The notes under the pieces: model-generated
The model's input: only the letters and a program-made list of their open reading frames with translations
Told to the model about the DNA's origin: nothing
Database searches by the model: none
DNA from: Chthoniobacterales bacterium
GTDB taxonomy: Bacteria > Verrucomicrobiota > Verrucomicrobiia > Chthoniobacterales > UBA6821
Assembly: GCA_019747735.1 (NCBI GenBank)
Contig: JAIEQL010000032.1
Coordinates: forward strand, 6,159-70,158
DNA: 64,000 nucleotides
Direction of reading: 5' to 3'
Translations under genes and position numbers: made by a program
In this document: positions 1 to 10,446 of the stretch, in pieces
Layout: each line of letters opens with the position of its first letter
Position numbering within the stretch: position 1 is the stretch's first letter

Positions 1-1
1 G

Positions 2-136
2 GGTGATTCTGAAAAAATGCTCACAGAGAATACCGACGAAAATTTGTTTAAGGCTCAGAAAAAAACAGCTGAACAAATTAACAATCCTCAAGCTAACAAT
101 AATACGGAGACAAAGGTTGACGTGGAGGGAAAATAA
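2..136 (+). CDS. 3' end of an unidentified CDS (partial)
   Basis: Frame 2 is open from the window edge (GDSEKMLTENTDEN...VDVEGK) to TAA at 134-136 and looks more protein-like than track ORF 3..194. Confidence 0.5.
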   Translation, partial: GDSEKMLTENTDENLFKAQKKTAEQINNPQANNNTETKVDVEGK

Positions 137-206
137 AAATAACGCATCTGCACCCTGCTTTTCATCTCGATTTTTCTCCTTGTTGCTGATATAGTTGGAC
201 CCATTT

Positions 207-1133
207 ATGAAATCGAAAAAACTGATTCGTTTTGACTGGGCCATCAAAAATATTTTGCGCAATAAAACTAATTTTGAAGTGCTGGAAGGTTTTTTATCCG
301 AGTTGCTGCGTACTGATGTGAAGATTGAGTCTTTGCTAGAAAGTGAATCCAATCAAAAGAATGCCCTCGACAAGCTCAATCGTGTTGATCTTTTAGCTGG
401 GTTAGCAAGTGGAGAGAAAGTCATCATCGAAGTGCAATGCGTACGTCAATGGGATTTTCTTTCGCGGATGCTCTATGGCGTTTCAAAAGTTGTCATCGAA
501 CATCTCAAAACAGGCGAGCCTTATGGAAAAGTTCCCAAAGTCATTTCTGTGAATATCGTCTATTTTGATCTCGGCCATGGCCAGGACTACATTTATCACG
601 GCACAACAGAGTTTAGAGGCATTCATCAGAATGACGTTCTTTTGTTAGGGAAAGTCGAGAAGGAACGTTACCCCAATCATATTGATGATATTGCCGGAGT
701 TTATCCGGAATATTATGTTCTTAAAGTGGGAGAATTTGATCTCAAAATCAAAGACACCCTTGATGAGTGGATGTATGCTTTGAAACAATCAGAGATTAAG
801 TCTGAGTTCAAAGCCAAGGGAATTCAGGAAGCAGGACGACAACTCGATATCCTCCAACTTCCCGAAGAAGAGCGTCGTCATTATGAAAACTACCTAGAAA
901 ACATGCGCGACTTCCAAAGTTTCTTTGAAACTTATTATGGAGATGGTTTGAGTCAAGGGCTTACTGAAGGGTTGCAACGAGGCGTTCAAAAAGGGCGTGA
1001 AGAAGGTCGCCAAGAAGGTCGTGCTGAAGGAAAAAGAGAGATGATTTTAAATCTTCATCACTCCGGCATGCCTCTAGATCAAATTGCTCGGCTAGCAAAA
1101 ATGGAAATAAAGGAAGTGGAAGCATTTTTTTAG
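207..1133 (+). CDS. Rpn family recombination-promoting nuclease / PD-(D/E)XK putative transposase
   Basis: RFDWAIK N-terminus, RVDLL...IIEVQ PD-(D/E)XK motif, LDEW.Y.LK, C-terminal G.EEGRQEGRAEG repeats. ATG 207 preferred over TTG 195. Confidence 0.9.
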   Translation: MKSKKLIRFDWAIKNILRNKTNFEVLEGFLSELLRTDVKIESLLESESNQKNALDKLNRVDLLAGLASGEKVIIEVQCVRQWDFLSRMLYGVSKVVIEHLKTGEPYGKVPKVISVNIVYFDLGHGQDYIYHGTTEFRGIHQNDVLLLGKVEKERYPNHIDDIAGVYPEYYVLKVGEFDLKIKDTLDEWMYALKQSEIKSEFKAKGIQEAGRQLDILQLPEEERRHYENYLENMRDFQSFFETYYGDGLSQGLTEGLQRGVQKGREEGRQEGRAEGKREMILNLHHSGMPLDQIARLAKMEIKEVEAFF

Positions 1134-1175
1134 CCTGCGGAGAAAAGATGAAGGACTGAAGGCTACAGGCACTCA

Positions 1176-1865
1176 TTAGTCATTACTCATCAATTGCTTG
1201 CTCAACATCTCCTCTGCCGACCATTGCCCAGTAACCTGAGGATGATAGACCCATCCATACATCAAGGCAGAACCTGCTTCGACCAGGAGCAAACGCGAAC
1301 GGATTCCTAACTCTCCCATTCCCATCGTGGCGACGCGCACGGGTGAGGAAAAAGATTTTTTTTGAAATAAGAGCAAACGCTGCAGCTCTTCTTTCGTATG
1401 GGGAGTCGCCACTATTTTTAGTACATCAACTCCCTTTTCTTTCGCTTGCAGAAGCATTTTTTCTAGCTCTGCGAAAGAGGGTACGCTCTCAAAGTCGTGA
1501 AAAGAAGCAATGATGAGACCTCCTGCCGCACGAGCCCACGCTATGGTCTCCTCAAACTCATTAAAGAAAGAGAGCTCCACATCAATCGCAGAAGCCCATG
1601 AAATGGCTTTTTCAAGAAGTTCTCTTCGCTCTAGACACTGCAAATCTCCTGCCCCACCTTCAGCAGGATGGCGCGCTGTCGCAATCATCGGGCGAGGCCA
1701 TTTTTGAGGAAGGAGGGCTCTCTTCATGCCATCAAGGCGCACCTCTAAAAAATCGAGTTTGTTGATCAGCGCCCAGCAATCCCCTTTCATCAGTCGATCA
1801 AGACAGGAAGGGGAATGAAGAGTACCTACGGAAAGAGGGTGAGAATGAGAGATGAAGGAGGGCAT
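1176..1865 (-). CDS. aroD: type I 3-dehydroquinate dehydratase
   Basis: LEVRLD, TARHPAEGG, DVEL, ASFHDF, LKIV and MGMG motifs. Start set at ATG 1865 because 1866-1904 overlaps a repeat arm. Confidence 0.85.
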   Translation of the reverse strand: MPSFISHSHPLSVGTLHSPSCLDRLMKGDCWALINKLDFLEVRLDGMKRALLPQKWPRPMIATARHPAEGGAGDLQCLERRELLEKAISWASAIDVELSFFNEFEETIAWARAAGGLIIASFHDFESVPSFAELEKMLLQAKEKGVDVLKIVATPHTKEELQRLLLFQKKSFSSPVRVATMGMGELGIRSRLLLVEAGSALMYGWVYHPQVTGQWSAEEMLSKQLMSND

Positions 1866-1913
1866 TAATGAATTGTATTTGGTAACTGCTAACATATTCT
1901 TCATAAGAAAGAA

Positions 1914-2051
1914 ATTAACAGGGATAGAAGCGATGGAAGGGATAAAAGAAGATTTTAAAAAAGCGAAATAAAACTTTGAAAAATGCCATCAAAATTTATT
2001 GGAAGATAATTTCTTGTCTTCATCCCTTCCATCGCTTCTATCCCTGTTAAT
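1914..2051. repeat. perfect 30-bp inverted repeat pair (family E) around a 78-bp non-coding spacer
   Basis: attaacagggatagaagcgatggaagggat (1914-1943) is the exact reverse complement of 2022-2051. The same family recurs at 40395-40696. Confidence 0.95.
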
Positions 2052-2165
2052 AATTTTTCTGTTTTTATCTTTGTGAGATGAAATGACGTTGGCAGTTATT
2101 GTATTTGTATTGTCTAAGACAAGAGGGCCGGTTAAAAAACAGAAACTATTGGACAACTTCTAACC

Positions 2166-2921
2166 ATGCGGACTTTTTTTATTCTTTGGAAACGGGAAAT
2201 AGGAACCTATTTTTACACCCCTCTTGCATTGGTACTTTTAGTTACCATCGTATTTTTAACTGGTTTTAATTTTTATAGCAGTGTTGCCTTCCTCAATCAT
2301 GGTCCAAGCAATACTTCCATTGTAGAAATTTTTTTTAGAACGTTCTTTTTTTGGGGACCCTTTTTAATAACGCCTTCCCTCATTACGATGCGCCTTTTTG
2401 CAGAAGAATATCGTAGTGGCACTCTGGAAGCCTTGATGACCGCCCCTGTACGAGTTACTCAAGTCGTCTTGGCTAAATACTGTGGTGCTCTTTTTTTATT
2501 CGTTGTTTTCTGGGCACCTAGCCTGCTCTATTTTGCTCTCTTTTGGCCTTCAGCACACCAAACAGCAGCGGCATCCTATGGTTCTTATATCGGAGCTTAT
2601 GCGATTCTCTTAGTCCAAGGAATGCTTTTTCTTGCTGTTGGCTCTCTCGCCTCTGCGCTAACATCACACCAAGTAATTGCCGGGATGATTTCTTTCTGTG
2701 GCGTGATCTTTTTATTTTTTATCGGACTCTTGGTTCCGTTATTACACATCACCACCTCCGAAGTTCATACAATCATTACCCTGATTTCCCCCATGGAGAC
2801 GATGAAAACATTTTCACGCGGTATTATTGATACTCGTTCTCTTGTTTTTTACCTTAGCATGACTCTCTTCTTTCTTTTCTTCACTCTGCAAGTTTTTCAA
2901 TTACGACGATGGCGCCAATGA
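2166..2921 (+). CDS. ABC-2 type transporter permease (GldF-like)
   Basis: KREI..YF, TMRLFAEEYRSGTLE.L.TAP, about 6 TM segments. Confidence 0.88.
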   Translation: MRTFFILWKREIGTYFYTPLALVLLVTIVFLTGFNFYSSVAFLNHGPSNTSIVEIFFRTFFFWGPFLITPSLITMRLFAEEYRSGTLEALMTAPVRVTQVVLAKYCGALFLFVVFWAPSLLYFALFWPSAHQTAAASYGSYIGAYAILLVQGMLFLAVGSLASALTSHQVIAGMISFCGVIFLFFIGLLVPLLHITTSEVHTIITLISPMETMKTFSRGIIDTRSLVFYLSMTLFFLFFTLQVFQLRRWRQ

Positions 2922-4381
2922 AAACCTCCTCTTCTTTTCAAAGGCCAACTCTATGGCTTCTTGTACTACAAACCTTCTCTGTTTTTTGTATTCTTGTTGG
3001 AGTAAACTTTTTTTCTTGGAGTCACTACTGCATTAAAGATGCTTCGCGCTCTCATCGCTTTTCTCTCTCAGAACAAGGTTCCGTACTCTTTATGGGCATT
3101 AAACAACCAGCCCATATCATCATTTATTGCTCTCCAACCTCTTTGCTACAAGAGGCAGAGCTTTATAGCGACTTGGGAGCGCTGATGAATGAATACAAAA
3201 TAAAAGCACAAGAAAATTTGACTGTAGAATATGTCGATCCAGCTAGAAATTTAACACGAGCACGTGAAGTTCAAGGAAAATATAAATTCAATGCCAATGA
3301 AAATGTCGTGATTATCGACTACTTGGAGCATAGCACCGTCATTCCCATTCAAGATCTTGGAGAATACCAAGAACGAGACGGAAAAAAGTACCTCGTGGCC
3401 TTTCGAGGAGAGCAAGTCCTTAATGGTGCTCTTATTGGACTAAGCCAAGTTCCCTTAAAAAAAATCTATTTCTTGCAAGGTCATGGAGAGATGATTCCAG
3501 GATCACCTCCCCTCGAAATTATTGGACGTTACCTTCAATGGCAAAATGTACAACCAGCTCTTTTAAATTTGAGCAGCACGCTAGAAGTCCCTGAAGATGC
3601 TGGTTTGGTAGTCATCGCAGGAGCTTCTATTGATCTCTCGGAAGCAGAATCAACCGCACTTGGGCATTATTGGGAACACTCAGGGCGTCTCCTAGTACTA
3701 CTCGATCCCACGGCAGATACTCCTCTATTAAATAAAGTCCTCCAACAAGCAGGGATTAGCCCACGTCATGATCGCGTTGTTCGTACCGTCTCTTCTGGCA
3801 TAGGAACAACAACTCTTTACGACGTCACCGGGATGTTTATTCCTGGGTCAGAATTCACAAAACAATTTCTTAACCTTAATATTCTTTTTTTAGGAATGAC
3901 AGAATCATTAGCGCTAGCCCCTTCTAATCATGAAGATCGTCACCTCCAAGTCCGCCCTTTGATTGAAGCTCTCTATGACTTTTTTGGTTCTAGTGATGCC
4001 GCCCAAAAAGAAAAAAAAGAGATTCTCTTTCAGGCAGAAAAAGACACGGCCTATCCCGTTGTAATTGCTGCCATGGCTGACCGTGGAGCACTCCATGATG
4101 ATCGAGTTGCTGTTCATGCCGCACGAATGGTCGTTGTTGGCAATTGCGACTTCATCAAAGACCCCTCTATTGAAGAGGTTGGTCTCGATTTTTTCTCTAG
4201 TTCTATCAATGGCCTTATTGACCGCATCTCTTTAGCTGGCAACACAGCTAAAATGAAAGCCTACTTCACCCTCAATCTTAGTGATGAAATCATTAACCGT
4301 ATTGCACTTTGGACACTCTTTTTGATTCCTTCTATTGTGGCTTTGCTTTGTTCACTTATCCTTTGGAAGCGCCGAAATTAG
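2918..4381 (+). CDS. GldG-like ABC transporter auxiliary component
   Basis: N- and C-terminal TM segments, EYVDP, IYFLQGHGE, LLVLLDP, VVVGNCDF. ATGA overlap with the permease stop. Confidence 0.85.
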   Translation: MKTSSSFQRPTLWLLVLQTFSVFCILVGVNFFSWSHYCIKDASRSHRFSLSEQGSVLFMGIKQPAHIIIYCSPTSLLQEAELYSDLGALMNEYKIKAQENLTVEYVDPARNLTRAREVQGKYKFNANENVVIIDYLEHSTVIPIQDLGEYQERDGKKYLVAFRGEQVLNGALIGLSQVPLKKIYFLQGHGEMIPGSPPLEIIGRYLQWQNVQPALLNLSSTLEVPEDAGLVVIAGASIDLSEAESTALGHYWEHSGRLLVLLDPTADTPLLNKVLQQAGISPRHDRVVRTVSSGIGTTTLYDVTGMFIPGSEFTKQFLNLNILFLGMTESLALAPSNHEDRHLQVRPLIEALYDFFGSSDAAQKEKKEILFQAEKDTAYPVVIAAMADRGALHDDRVAVHAARMVVVGNCDFIKDPSIEEVGLDFFSSSINGLIDRISLAGNTAKMKAYFTLNLSDEIINRIALWTLFLIPSIVALLCSLILWKRRN

Positions 4382-4412
4382 ATCAAAGTTGTCGGTTGTC
4401 GCGAGACGAGTA

Positions 4413-4523
4413 AATTTGAGTATTTGTAGTTTGAGTTTGAGTCAAATAGGCGGTTCGCGCTTTATTTAATCATTTACGCGAAGCGCGAAGCTAACTCAAA
4501 CTCAAACTGCTAACACTCAAACT
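4413..4523. repeat. GTTTGA-periodic inverted arm pair (family F)
   Basis: 4413-4442 matches the reverse complement of 4494-4523 at 26/30. Solo arms at about 41507-41570 and at 61764-61808. Confidence 0.85.
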
Positions 4524-4598
4524 CTCATCACTTCTAATTTTCTTTTTCTAAGATAATTAGAACCACAATGATTGATAACACTCCCTAGCTCTTTTTTT

Positions 4599-6005
4599 AT
4601 GAACCTCCGCGGAACCCTCATTCTTCTTGGCTTAGCGCTCATTACTATAACTCTTTTGGTTTTTTTACAACCCAAGCAAGAGCATCCTTCACGCGAGCCT
4701 CTCTTTCATGGTGACCCCTCTCAAGTTACTCGCATCGTCATGGTCGATGGCAACGAATCGCGCTCGCTAACACTTCATGATCATCAATGGGAAATTGACA
4801 CCACGCCTCCCGATCAAGCTGATAAGGAGGAGGTGATGAGCTTGCTAGGAGCTGCCTTGGAAGTGAAGCCACTCGACATTCTCATTCCAGAAGAATTAAA
4901 GAACCAACTCAGCCTTCCAAAACTGGGTCTGCAAGATCCCAAATCTTCGTTACTGCTGCATTATAAAAATAGCCCCGACCAGATTCTCTATTTTGGCAAT
5001 GAGGCAGTAGGTGAAAAACGCCTCTTTGCACGTTTTAGCTCGCAGAAAGAAGTCATTATTATTCCCTCAACACTTGCCGATATTGCCTTTCGACCTAACG
5101 ATCTTTTTCGAAATCACCACCTCACTGCTCTTGCGTTAGATAGCATCAAAAAAATTACCCTTTCTCAAAAACTAGGAGAAATGTGTATCGAACGTCAAGG
5201 GGAGCAATGGAACATGAAAGAACCGACTATAGCATTAGTCTCTTCCAATGCTCTTAATTCCTGGATAACGCCTTTGCTCGAAGCCCCCATTTTAGAGCGT
5301 ATTAGCAATGATCAAGGAAATCTCGCTGCTTATGACCTAGAAGAACCACGTGCTACGATCACTTTTTTTCCAGAAAGCTCGGATAAGCCTGTCACCCTCT
5401 CTCTTGGAAAAAGCGTAGAGCAAAAGAACAACAAGGAGGCCCTCTCCCCAGCTATTTATATTCGTTCCTCGGAGCGTCACGCAATCTTTACAATTCCTGC
5501 AGCATTAGAAAAAACTTTTCTTATCTCGCCAGATATGTTGCGAGAACATCAGCTCTGCACCATCAATCTTGATACTGTGGATCGCATTGAAGCGATCAAA
5601 TCAAATACTGCGTTAAAATTGCATCGCCAGCCAGAGAACCATGAAAACTGGGTCACAGAGGAAGAGCATCCCTCCATCATTTCAGGAAGTGAAATCCAAA
5701 AAATGGTCTCCACACTAGAACAAGTTATGGTCACTTCTTTTGAAATAGCCACACCTACAAAACTTCAAGCAGCTGGTATTGAGCCTGCTTCTAAAGCTGC
5801 GATGACCCTCCGCTTTATTGCCCATCTTTCAGAAAATACTCCTGATGAAAATGCAGGAGATTTCCCTATTAAGGAAATTTGTTTTGGAACCCCTTCAGTA
5901 GATAACACACTCTTCGCCCGCATCGACCACAATCCTGAAATAGTTCAAATTCCAGCAAGTACCGTAACTACGGCCCTCAATTGCTTACAGCTTGTCCAGA
6001 AGTGA
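4599..6005 (+). CDS. DUF4340 domain-containing protein
   Basis: N-terminal TM anchor and three repeats of W.(I/M)...L..(Y/L)GL..P. It follows the GldF/GldG-like genes, the usual context for this family. Confidence 0.75.
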   Translation: MNLRGTLILLGLALITITLLVFLQPKQEHPSREPLFHGDPSQVTRIVMVDGNESRSLTLHDHQWEIDTTPPDQADKEEVMSLLGAALEVKPLDILIPEELKNQLSLPKLGLQDPKSSLLLHYKNSPDQILYFGNEAVGEKRLFARFSSQKEVIIIPSTLADIAFRPNDLFRNHHLTALALDSIKKITLSQKLGEMCIERQGEQWNMKEPTIALVSSNALNSWITPLLEAPILERISNDQGNLAAYDLEEPRATITFFPESSDKPVTLSLGKSVEQKNNKEALSPAIYIRSSERHAIFTIPAALEKTFLISPDMLREHQLCTINLDTVDRIEAIKSNTALKLHRQPENHENWVTEEEHPSIISGSEIQKMVSTLEQVMVTSFEIATPTKLQAAGIEPASKAAMTLRFIAHLSENTPDENAGDFPIKEICFGTPSVDNTLFARIDHNPEIVQIPASTVTTALNCLQLVQK

Positions 6006-6142
6006 ACCATTTTTGAAAATGAATCTTTCTGTTTTGCTCGAAATCAAACTTGCTTGAGAGAGTAGGTCGTAGGCATGTCCCAAAGAAAGCAAGTGATCAA
6101 AAGAACCTACCGAGGAAACATTCATTTTTGTCCTAATGTGGC

Positions 6143-6315
6143 TAGAGGATATTAAAAAATTCTGTAGCCGCGCATTGCGTCGTCGCTTCGGTGCTCGCTC
6201 CATCGATTATTGGCTATACACTCCCTCGCTGTGCGCCTCAGCTCCTGGCACTGCATCGACTACAAAAATTTTAATGATGCTCTAAAATGACTGTAGTTTT
6301 ATTTAAAATGCTCTA
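6143..6315 (+). mobile_element. MITE family A, copy 1 (173 bp, TA-flanked)
   Basis: Near-identical to 30101-30274 and to the reverse complement of 56177-56350. Ends are TAGAG.AT...ATGCTCTA. Confidence 0.92.
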
Positions 6316-7629
6316 GCGCTCCTCTTGCGAAGCCACATCAGCAATAGAATGCGGTTCTGTGCGTAATTCATGATCTGTCAATGCAGCATCCATGACTTTA
6401 CACGTCGCTAAGACTTTTTTGCACAAGAAGTAAGAGCAAAATTGAATCACAGCAACGAGACAAAGGATGTAACGCAGAGCAAAAATATCCGAAACATAAT
6501 AGGCTCCAGCAATAAAGAGGAGACCACCTGCAACGCGTCCCACATAAAGAGCAAACTCATTGTTCATAAGGTAAGCATATTTGTTCCGTTTCTCTTTGTT
6601 AGAAAGAATATCGATCACAAGCATCATCACAGGAGAAAAAGAACACTCGATAAATGCTCCGGCAACAATTTGACATGCTACAAAAATAAGAACTCCAGTG
6701 GCACTAAAGAGGATCATATTGGAGGCACAGCCAATCACAAAAAGCCCCAGACCGGTGAAGAGAATCCAGATGCGGTGCTTGGGAAGTGTGAGGCGTGCAA
6801 TGCCATAGAAAATAATCATCAAAATAACATTGCCACTACTATTGATCATGCCTAACGCACCTTCTTGACCACCGATGAGCTTGACTACCAGCATTGCTGG
6901 CGCCGTCACTAGAAAACCTTGTCCTATCCCACGAAGCGCTTCCATCCAGAGAACCTTGTACCAAAGAGGATCATATTTCCAATAAAGGAATTTACTCGCT
7001 TCGGGATTAGTAAATTTTCCCTGACAAACAATACAGGAAGCTACAAAAGCAAGAGTGATAGCACTCATAGCGACGTAAAAATAAGCGTGATTGCGATCGC
7101 CTCCAAACCACCCATACAGCTGGCTTCCAGCGATGAACCAACCAACCGTGATAGGAGCGACAATGGAGCAAAGCGTCCCAAGAGAATTCTCTAATCCATA
7201 ATAGTAATTGCGATTTCCATCAGTCGTACTGGCAAGAGCTAGGTAATCTCGATTAGCCCAAAACAATCCCATAGAGACACCAAAGAGACCTCCAGCCATC
7301 GCAATCCCACAGGCATTGAGGTCCTTGAGCGAAATCATGACTAGCAAAGAAAAGCCACTGATCAGCATTCCCAAAGAATAAAGATATTTGACAGGAATGA
7401 TTCTTAAAAGAAACCCGTTGCAACAAAACGCAATCAAAAGACCAGTATAATTAGCCATGGTAAAAGTCATCGCAAGACCTACATCATTATTGGTATTGCG
7501 CATGATGTAGACGCCTACAAAGGCCCAAATAACAGGTAGTACAGAGGCATACACAAAATTTGTGATGAGCAACGTACGCATATTGCGTGGGTAAGAGAGA
7601 AAGACTTTGAATTCTTTAAAGAGAGCCAT
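6313..7629 (-). CDS. MFS transporter
   Basis: About 12 hydrophobic segments in two halves, GLFWANR...T.D.NRNYY. ATG 7629 is the likely start, and the TAG stop coincides with the MITE A end. Confidence 0.8.
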   Translation of the reverse strand: MALFKEFKVFLSYPRNMRTLLITNFVYASVLPVIWAFVGVYIMRNTNNDVGLAMTFTMANYTGLLIAFCCNGFLLRIIPVKYLYSLGMLISGFSLLVMISLKDLNACGIAMAGGLFGVSMGLFWANRDYLALASTTDGNRNYYYGLENSLGTLCSIVAPITVGWFIAGSQLYGWFGGDRNHAYFYVAMSAITLAFVASCIVCQGKFTNPEASKFLYWKYDPLWYKVLWMEALRGIGQGFLVTAPAMLVVKLIGGQEGALGMINSSGNVILMIIFYGIARLTLPKHRIWILFTGLGLFVIGCASNMILFSATGVLIFVACQIVAGAFIECSFSPVMMLVIDILSNKEKRNKYAYLMNNEFALYVGRVAGGLLFIAGAYYVSDIFALRYILCLVAVIQFCSYFLCKKVLATCKVMDAALTDHELRTEPHSIADVASQEER

Positions 7630-7727
7630 GGTTTTGGTAGGTTTATAGTTGGTTATTAATTTACCGGAAGCACTGAAACAGCCTTCGCTTAGAACATATC
7701 GCTCTAGGAGAAGCAAGAAAAAAAAGT

Positions 7728-10265
7728 TTAGCTTGCAACAATATTCACTAACCGTCCCGGAACAATAATCACTTTTTCGATCTTCTTATTCTCGAGATGA
7801 GAGAGCAATGCCGGCTCTGCAAGCGCAGCCTTTTCTACAGCCTCTTTCGAAGCCGTTGAGGGCAAGGTAAGACGTGTGCGAACTTTTCCATTCACTTGCA
7901 CCGCGTAGGTCACTTCTTCAAAACAGAGATACTCTTCCTGCCATATTGGCCAAGGAGCTTGGGAAGCCAAGACAGCCACTGTTTTTAAGGAAGGAAATTT
8001 TTCAGCAAGAGAACTCCACAGCTCTTCGGCAAGATGAGGAGCAAAGGGGCTTAAGAGCTGAAGCAATATTTGAAGAGCCTCTAAGGGGCATAGCTTTGCA
8101 CTAGTAAACTCATTCACAAAAATCATCATCTGCGCAATGGCTGTATTAAAGGACAAGGCCTCGATATCTTTCGTCACTTTTTTAATCGTTGCGTGGACGG
8201 TTTTTTGTTGAGCGGAGGTCAATGGGGTCTCGGTCACATTTTCTGAAAGCGACCATTCACCAGGACCTTGTTCTTTCATCGCAAGTCGCCAGATACGCGC
8301 CAAGAATCGATAAATCCCCTCCACTCCTGTCGTGCTCCATGGCTTAGAATGTTCCAATGGCCCCATGAACATTTCAAAAAGACGCACCGCATCCGCACCA
8401 TATTGCTTGATGACCTCGCTAGGATTAACAACATTCCCACGGCTCTTGGACATTTTTTGTCCATCACTTCCCAAGATCATTCCTTGGTTAACGAGACGTT
8501 GGAAAGGCTCAACTGTTGTCAGGCACCCTAAGTCAAAAAGTGCTTTGTGCCAAAACCGAGCATAGAGCAAATGAAGCACCGCATGCTCTGTGCCGCCAAC
8601 GTAGAGGTCGACATTTTGCCAATAAGCTTCGGCCTCTTTGCCAATAAAATGCTGCCTGTTGTGAGGATCACAAAAACGAAGATAGTACCAGCAAGAGCCC
8701 GCCCATTGAGGCATGGTGTTGAGCTCGCGAGTGGCATTTTCAGAATAACGAACCCATTCCTTGGCCTTGGCAAGCGGCGGCTCTGCTGTTCCTGTCGGGC
8801 GAAAATCTTCCATCTCTGGCGGCCTGACAGGCAACTCCTCCAGCGAAAGAGCGCGATGTTTTCCCTCTTCCCACACAATTGGAAAAGGTTCTCCCCAATA
8901 GCGCTGACGAGAGAAAAGCCAATCGCGCAATTTGTATTGCATCACTCCGCGGCCCCAACCATGGGCCTCCAGCCATTTGATGATGATTGCTTTTGCTTCC
9001 GCTGCTGCCAATCCATTGACTAAGGGAGAATTGATTGCTTTTCCCTCAGTGAGACTAAAAGGAAGTGCAAGCTCAGAATCTGCCTCTATGACCACACGCA
9101 GCGGAAGTTGAAATTGTTGTGCAAATTCGTAGTCACGTTCATCGTGCGCTGGAACGGCCATCACGGCTCCTGTGCCATAGTGCATCAAGACATAGTCGGC
9201 AACCCAGATAGGAAGCGTCTCGCCGTTGATAGGGTTGATGGCCTCCACACCAAGAGGAATGCCTGTCTTAGTCTTAGCAAGGTCCGTGCGCTCAAGATCT
9301 TTCTTGGTACTACAACCCTCACGATAAGTTTTTAAATTTTCTTTAATAGCAGGAGAAAGCTGGAGCTGGTCAAGCAACGGATGTTCCGGAGCTAAGACAA
9401 GGTAAGTCGTTCCATAGAGCGTATCGACACGGGTCGTGAAGACAGTGATTTTTTGAGAGGGATTTTCTTTGATTGTAAAAATAACTTCGGCTCCTTCGCT
9501 TCGCCCAATCCAATTGCGTTGAAGCTGTTTGATCGATTCTGGCCAAGCAACTTTTTCTAAATCTTCAATCAAACGATCCGCAAGCGCCGTAATACGAAAC
9601 ATCCACTGGCGCATAGGACGTCGCTCTACAGGAAAACCACCAACGTCACTTTTGCCATCGACCACCTCTTCGTTAGCGAGAACCGTGCCCAAAGCGGGGC
9701 ACCAATTGACAGGCATCTCAGAAATGTAAGCAAGCCTGACAGCATCGACATCATCGCCATGATACGTTGAAATTGGTTCTACCTTGTTACTAGCGGGATT
9801 AACCCAAGCGTGATAGAGCTGAAGAAAAATCCATTGCGTCCAACGAAAATAGTCAGGATCTGTCGTATTGACCTCGCGCTCCCAATCGTAGCTAAAGCCG
9901 AGAGTTTGGAGCTGCCGGCGAAAGTTATTGATATTTTGTTCCGTAGTAACACGAGGATGTTGTCCAGTCTTAATGGCATATTGCTCCGCGGGGAGACCAA
10001 AAGCATCCCATCCCATCGGATGGAGCACGTTCTCACCACGCATCCGATAATAGCGAGAAAGAATATCAGTTGCGGTGTAACCGACAAGATGCCCTACATG
10101 CAACCCATCACCACTGGGGTAGGGAAACATATCGAGGATGTAGCGCTTTTTTTTCTTAGGATCAAAATCAACTTCCTCAGGATTGCGAGCATGAAACGCT
10201 CTAGAGCTTATCCAATGGCCTTGCCAGCGTGGTTCAAATTCAGAAAAAGGGTAACTATGATTCAC
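7728..10265 (-). CDS. leuS: leucine--tRNA ligase
   Basis: MFPYPSG.GLHVGH, GWDAFGLPAE, GTGAVMAVPAHD, SRQRYWG, KMSKS. Confidence 0.98.
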   Translation of the reverse strand: MNHSYPFSEFEPRWQGHWISSRAFHARNPEEVDFDPKKKKRYILDMFPYPSGDGLHVGHLVGYTATDILSRYYRMRGENVLHPMGWDAFGLPAEQYAIKTGQHPRVTTEQNINNFRRQLQTLGFSYDWEREVNTTDPDYFRWTQWIFLQLYHAWVNPASNKVEPISTYHGDDVDAVRLAYISEMPVNWCPALGTVLANEEVVDGKSDVGGFPVERRPMRQWMFRITALADRLIEDLEKVAWPESIKQLQRNWIGRSEGAEVIFTIKENPSQKITVFTTRVDTLYGTTYLVLAPEHPLLDQLQLSPAIKENLKTYREGCSTKKDLERTDLAKTKTGIPLGVEAINPINGETLPIWVADYVLMHYGTGAVMAVPAHDERDYEFAQQFQLPLRVVIEADSELALPFSLTEGKAINSPLVNGLAAAEAKAIIIKWLEAHGWGRGVMQYKLRDWLFSRQRYWGEPFPIVWEEGKHRALSLEELPVRPPEMEDFRPTGTAEPPLAKAKEWVRYSENATRELNTMPQWAGSCWYYLRFCDPHNRQHFIGKEAEAYWQNVDLYVGGTEHAVLHLLYARFWHKALFDLGCLTTVEPFQRLVNQGMILGSDGQKMSKSRGNVVNPSEVIKQYGADAVRLFEMFMGPLEHSKPWSTTGVEGIYRFLARIWRLAMKEQGPGEWSLSENVTETPLTSAQQKTVHATIKKVTKDIEALSFNTAIAQMMIFVNEFTSAKLCPLEALQILLQLLSPFAPHLAEELWSSLAEKFPSLKTVAVLASQAPWPIWQEEYLCFEEVTYAVQVNGKVRTRLTLPSTASKEAVEKAALAEPALLSHLENKKIEKVIIVPGRLVNIVAS

Positions 10266-10272
10266 AGGAAAA

Positions 10273-10441
10273 AAGTGGAAAGTTGAAGCTGAAAGTTGAA
10301 GTATAACAACGGGCCGCTAATGCCGCTAAACAATAAATTCTTTTGCCAAAAGAAAAATCGAAATATCTTTCATCTTCACTATAATATTTCAACTTGCTCG
10401 CAGAGCCTCGAAAGCTTCAACTTCAACTGTTACCTTCAACT
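10273..10441. repeat. AAGTTGA-periodic inverted arm pair (family G) between divergent leuS and rdgB
   Basis: aagtggaaagttgaagctgaaagttgaagt ... cttcaacttcaactgttaccttcaact. Confidence 0.75.
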
Positions 10442-10446
10442 TTTTT

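Noticed and set aside
7874-10286. Numerous antisense or overlapping ORFs inside leuS and other long genes
   Set aside because: These are shadow frames of well-supported genes, with no motifs or independent signals.
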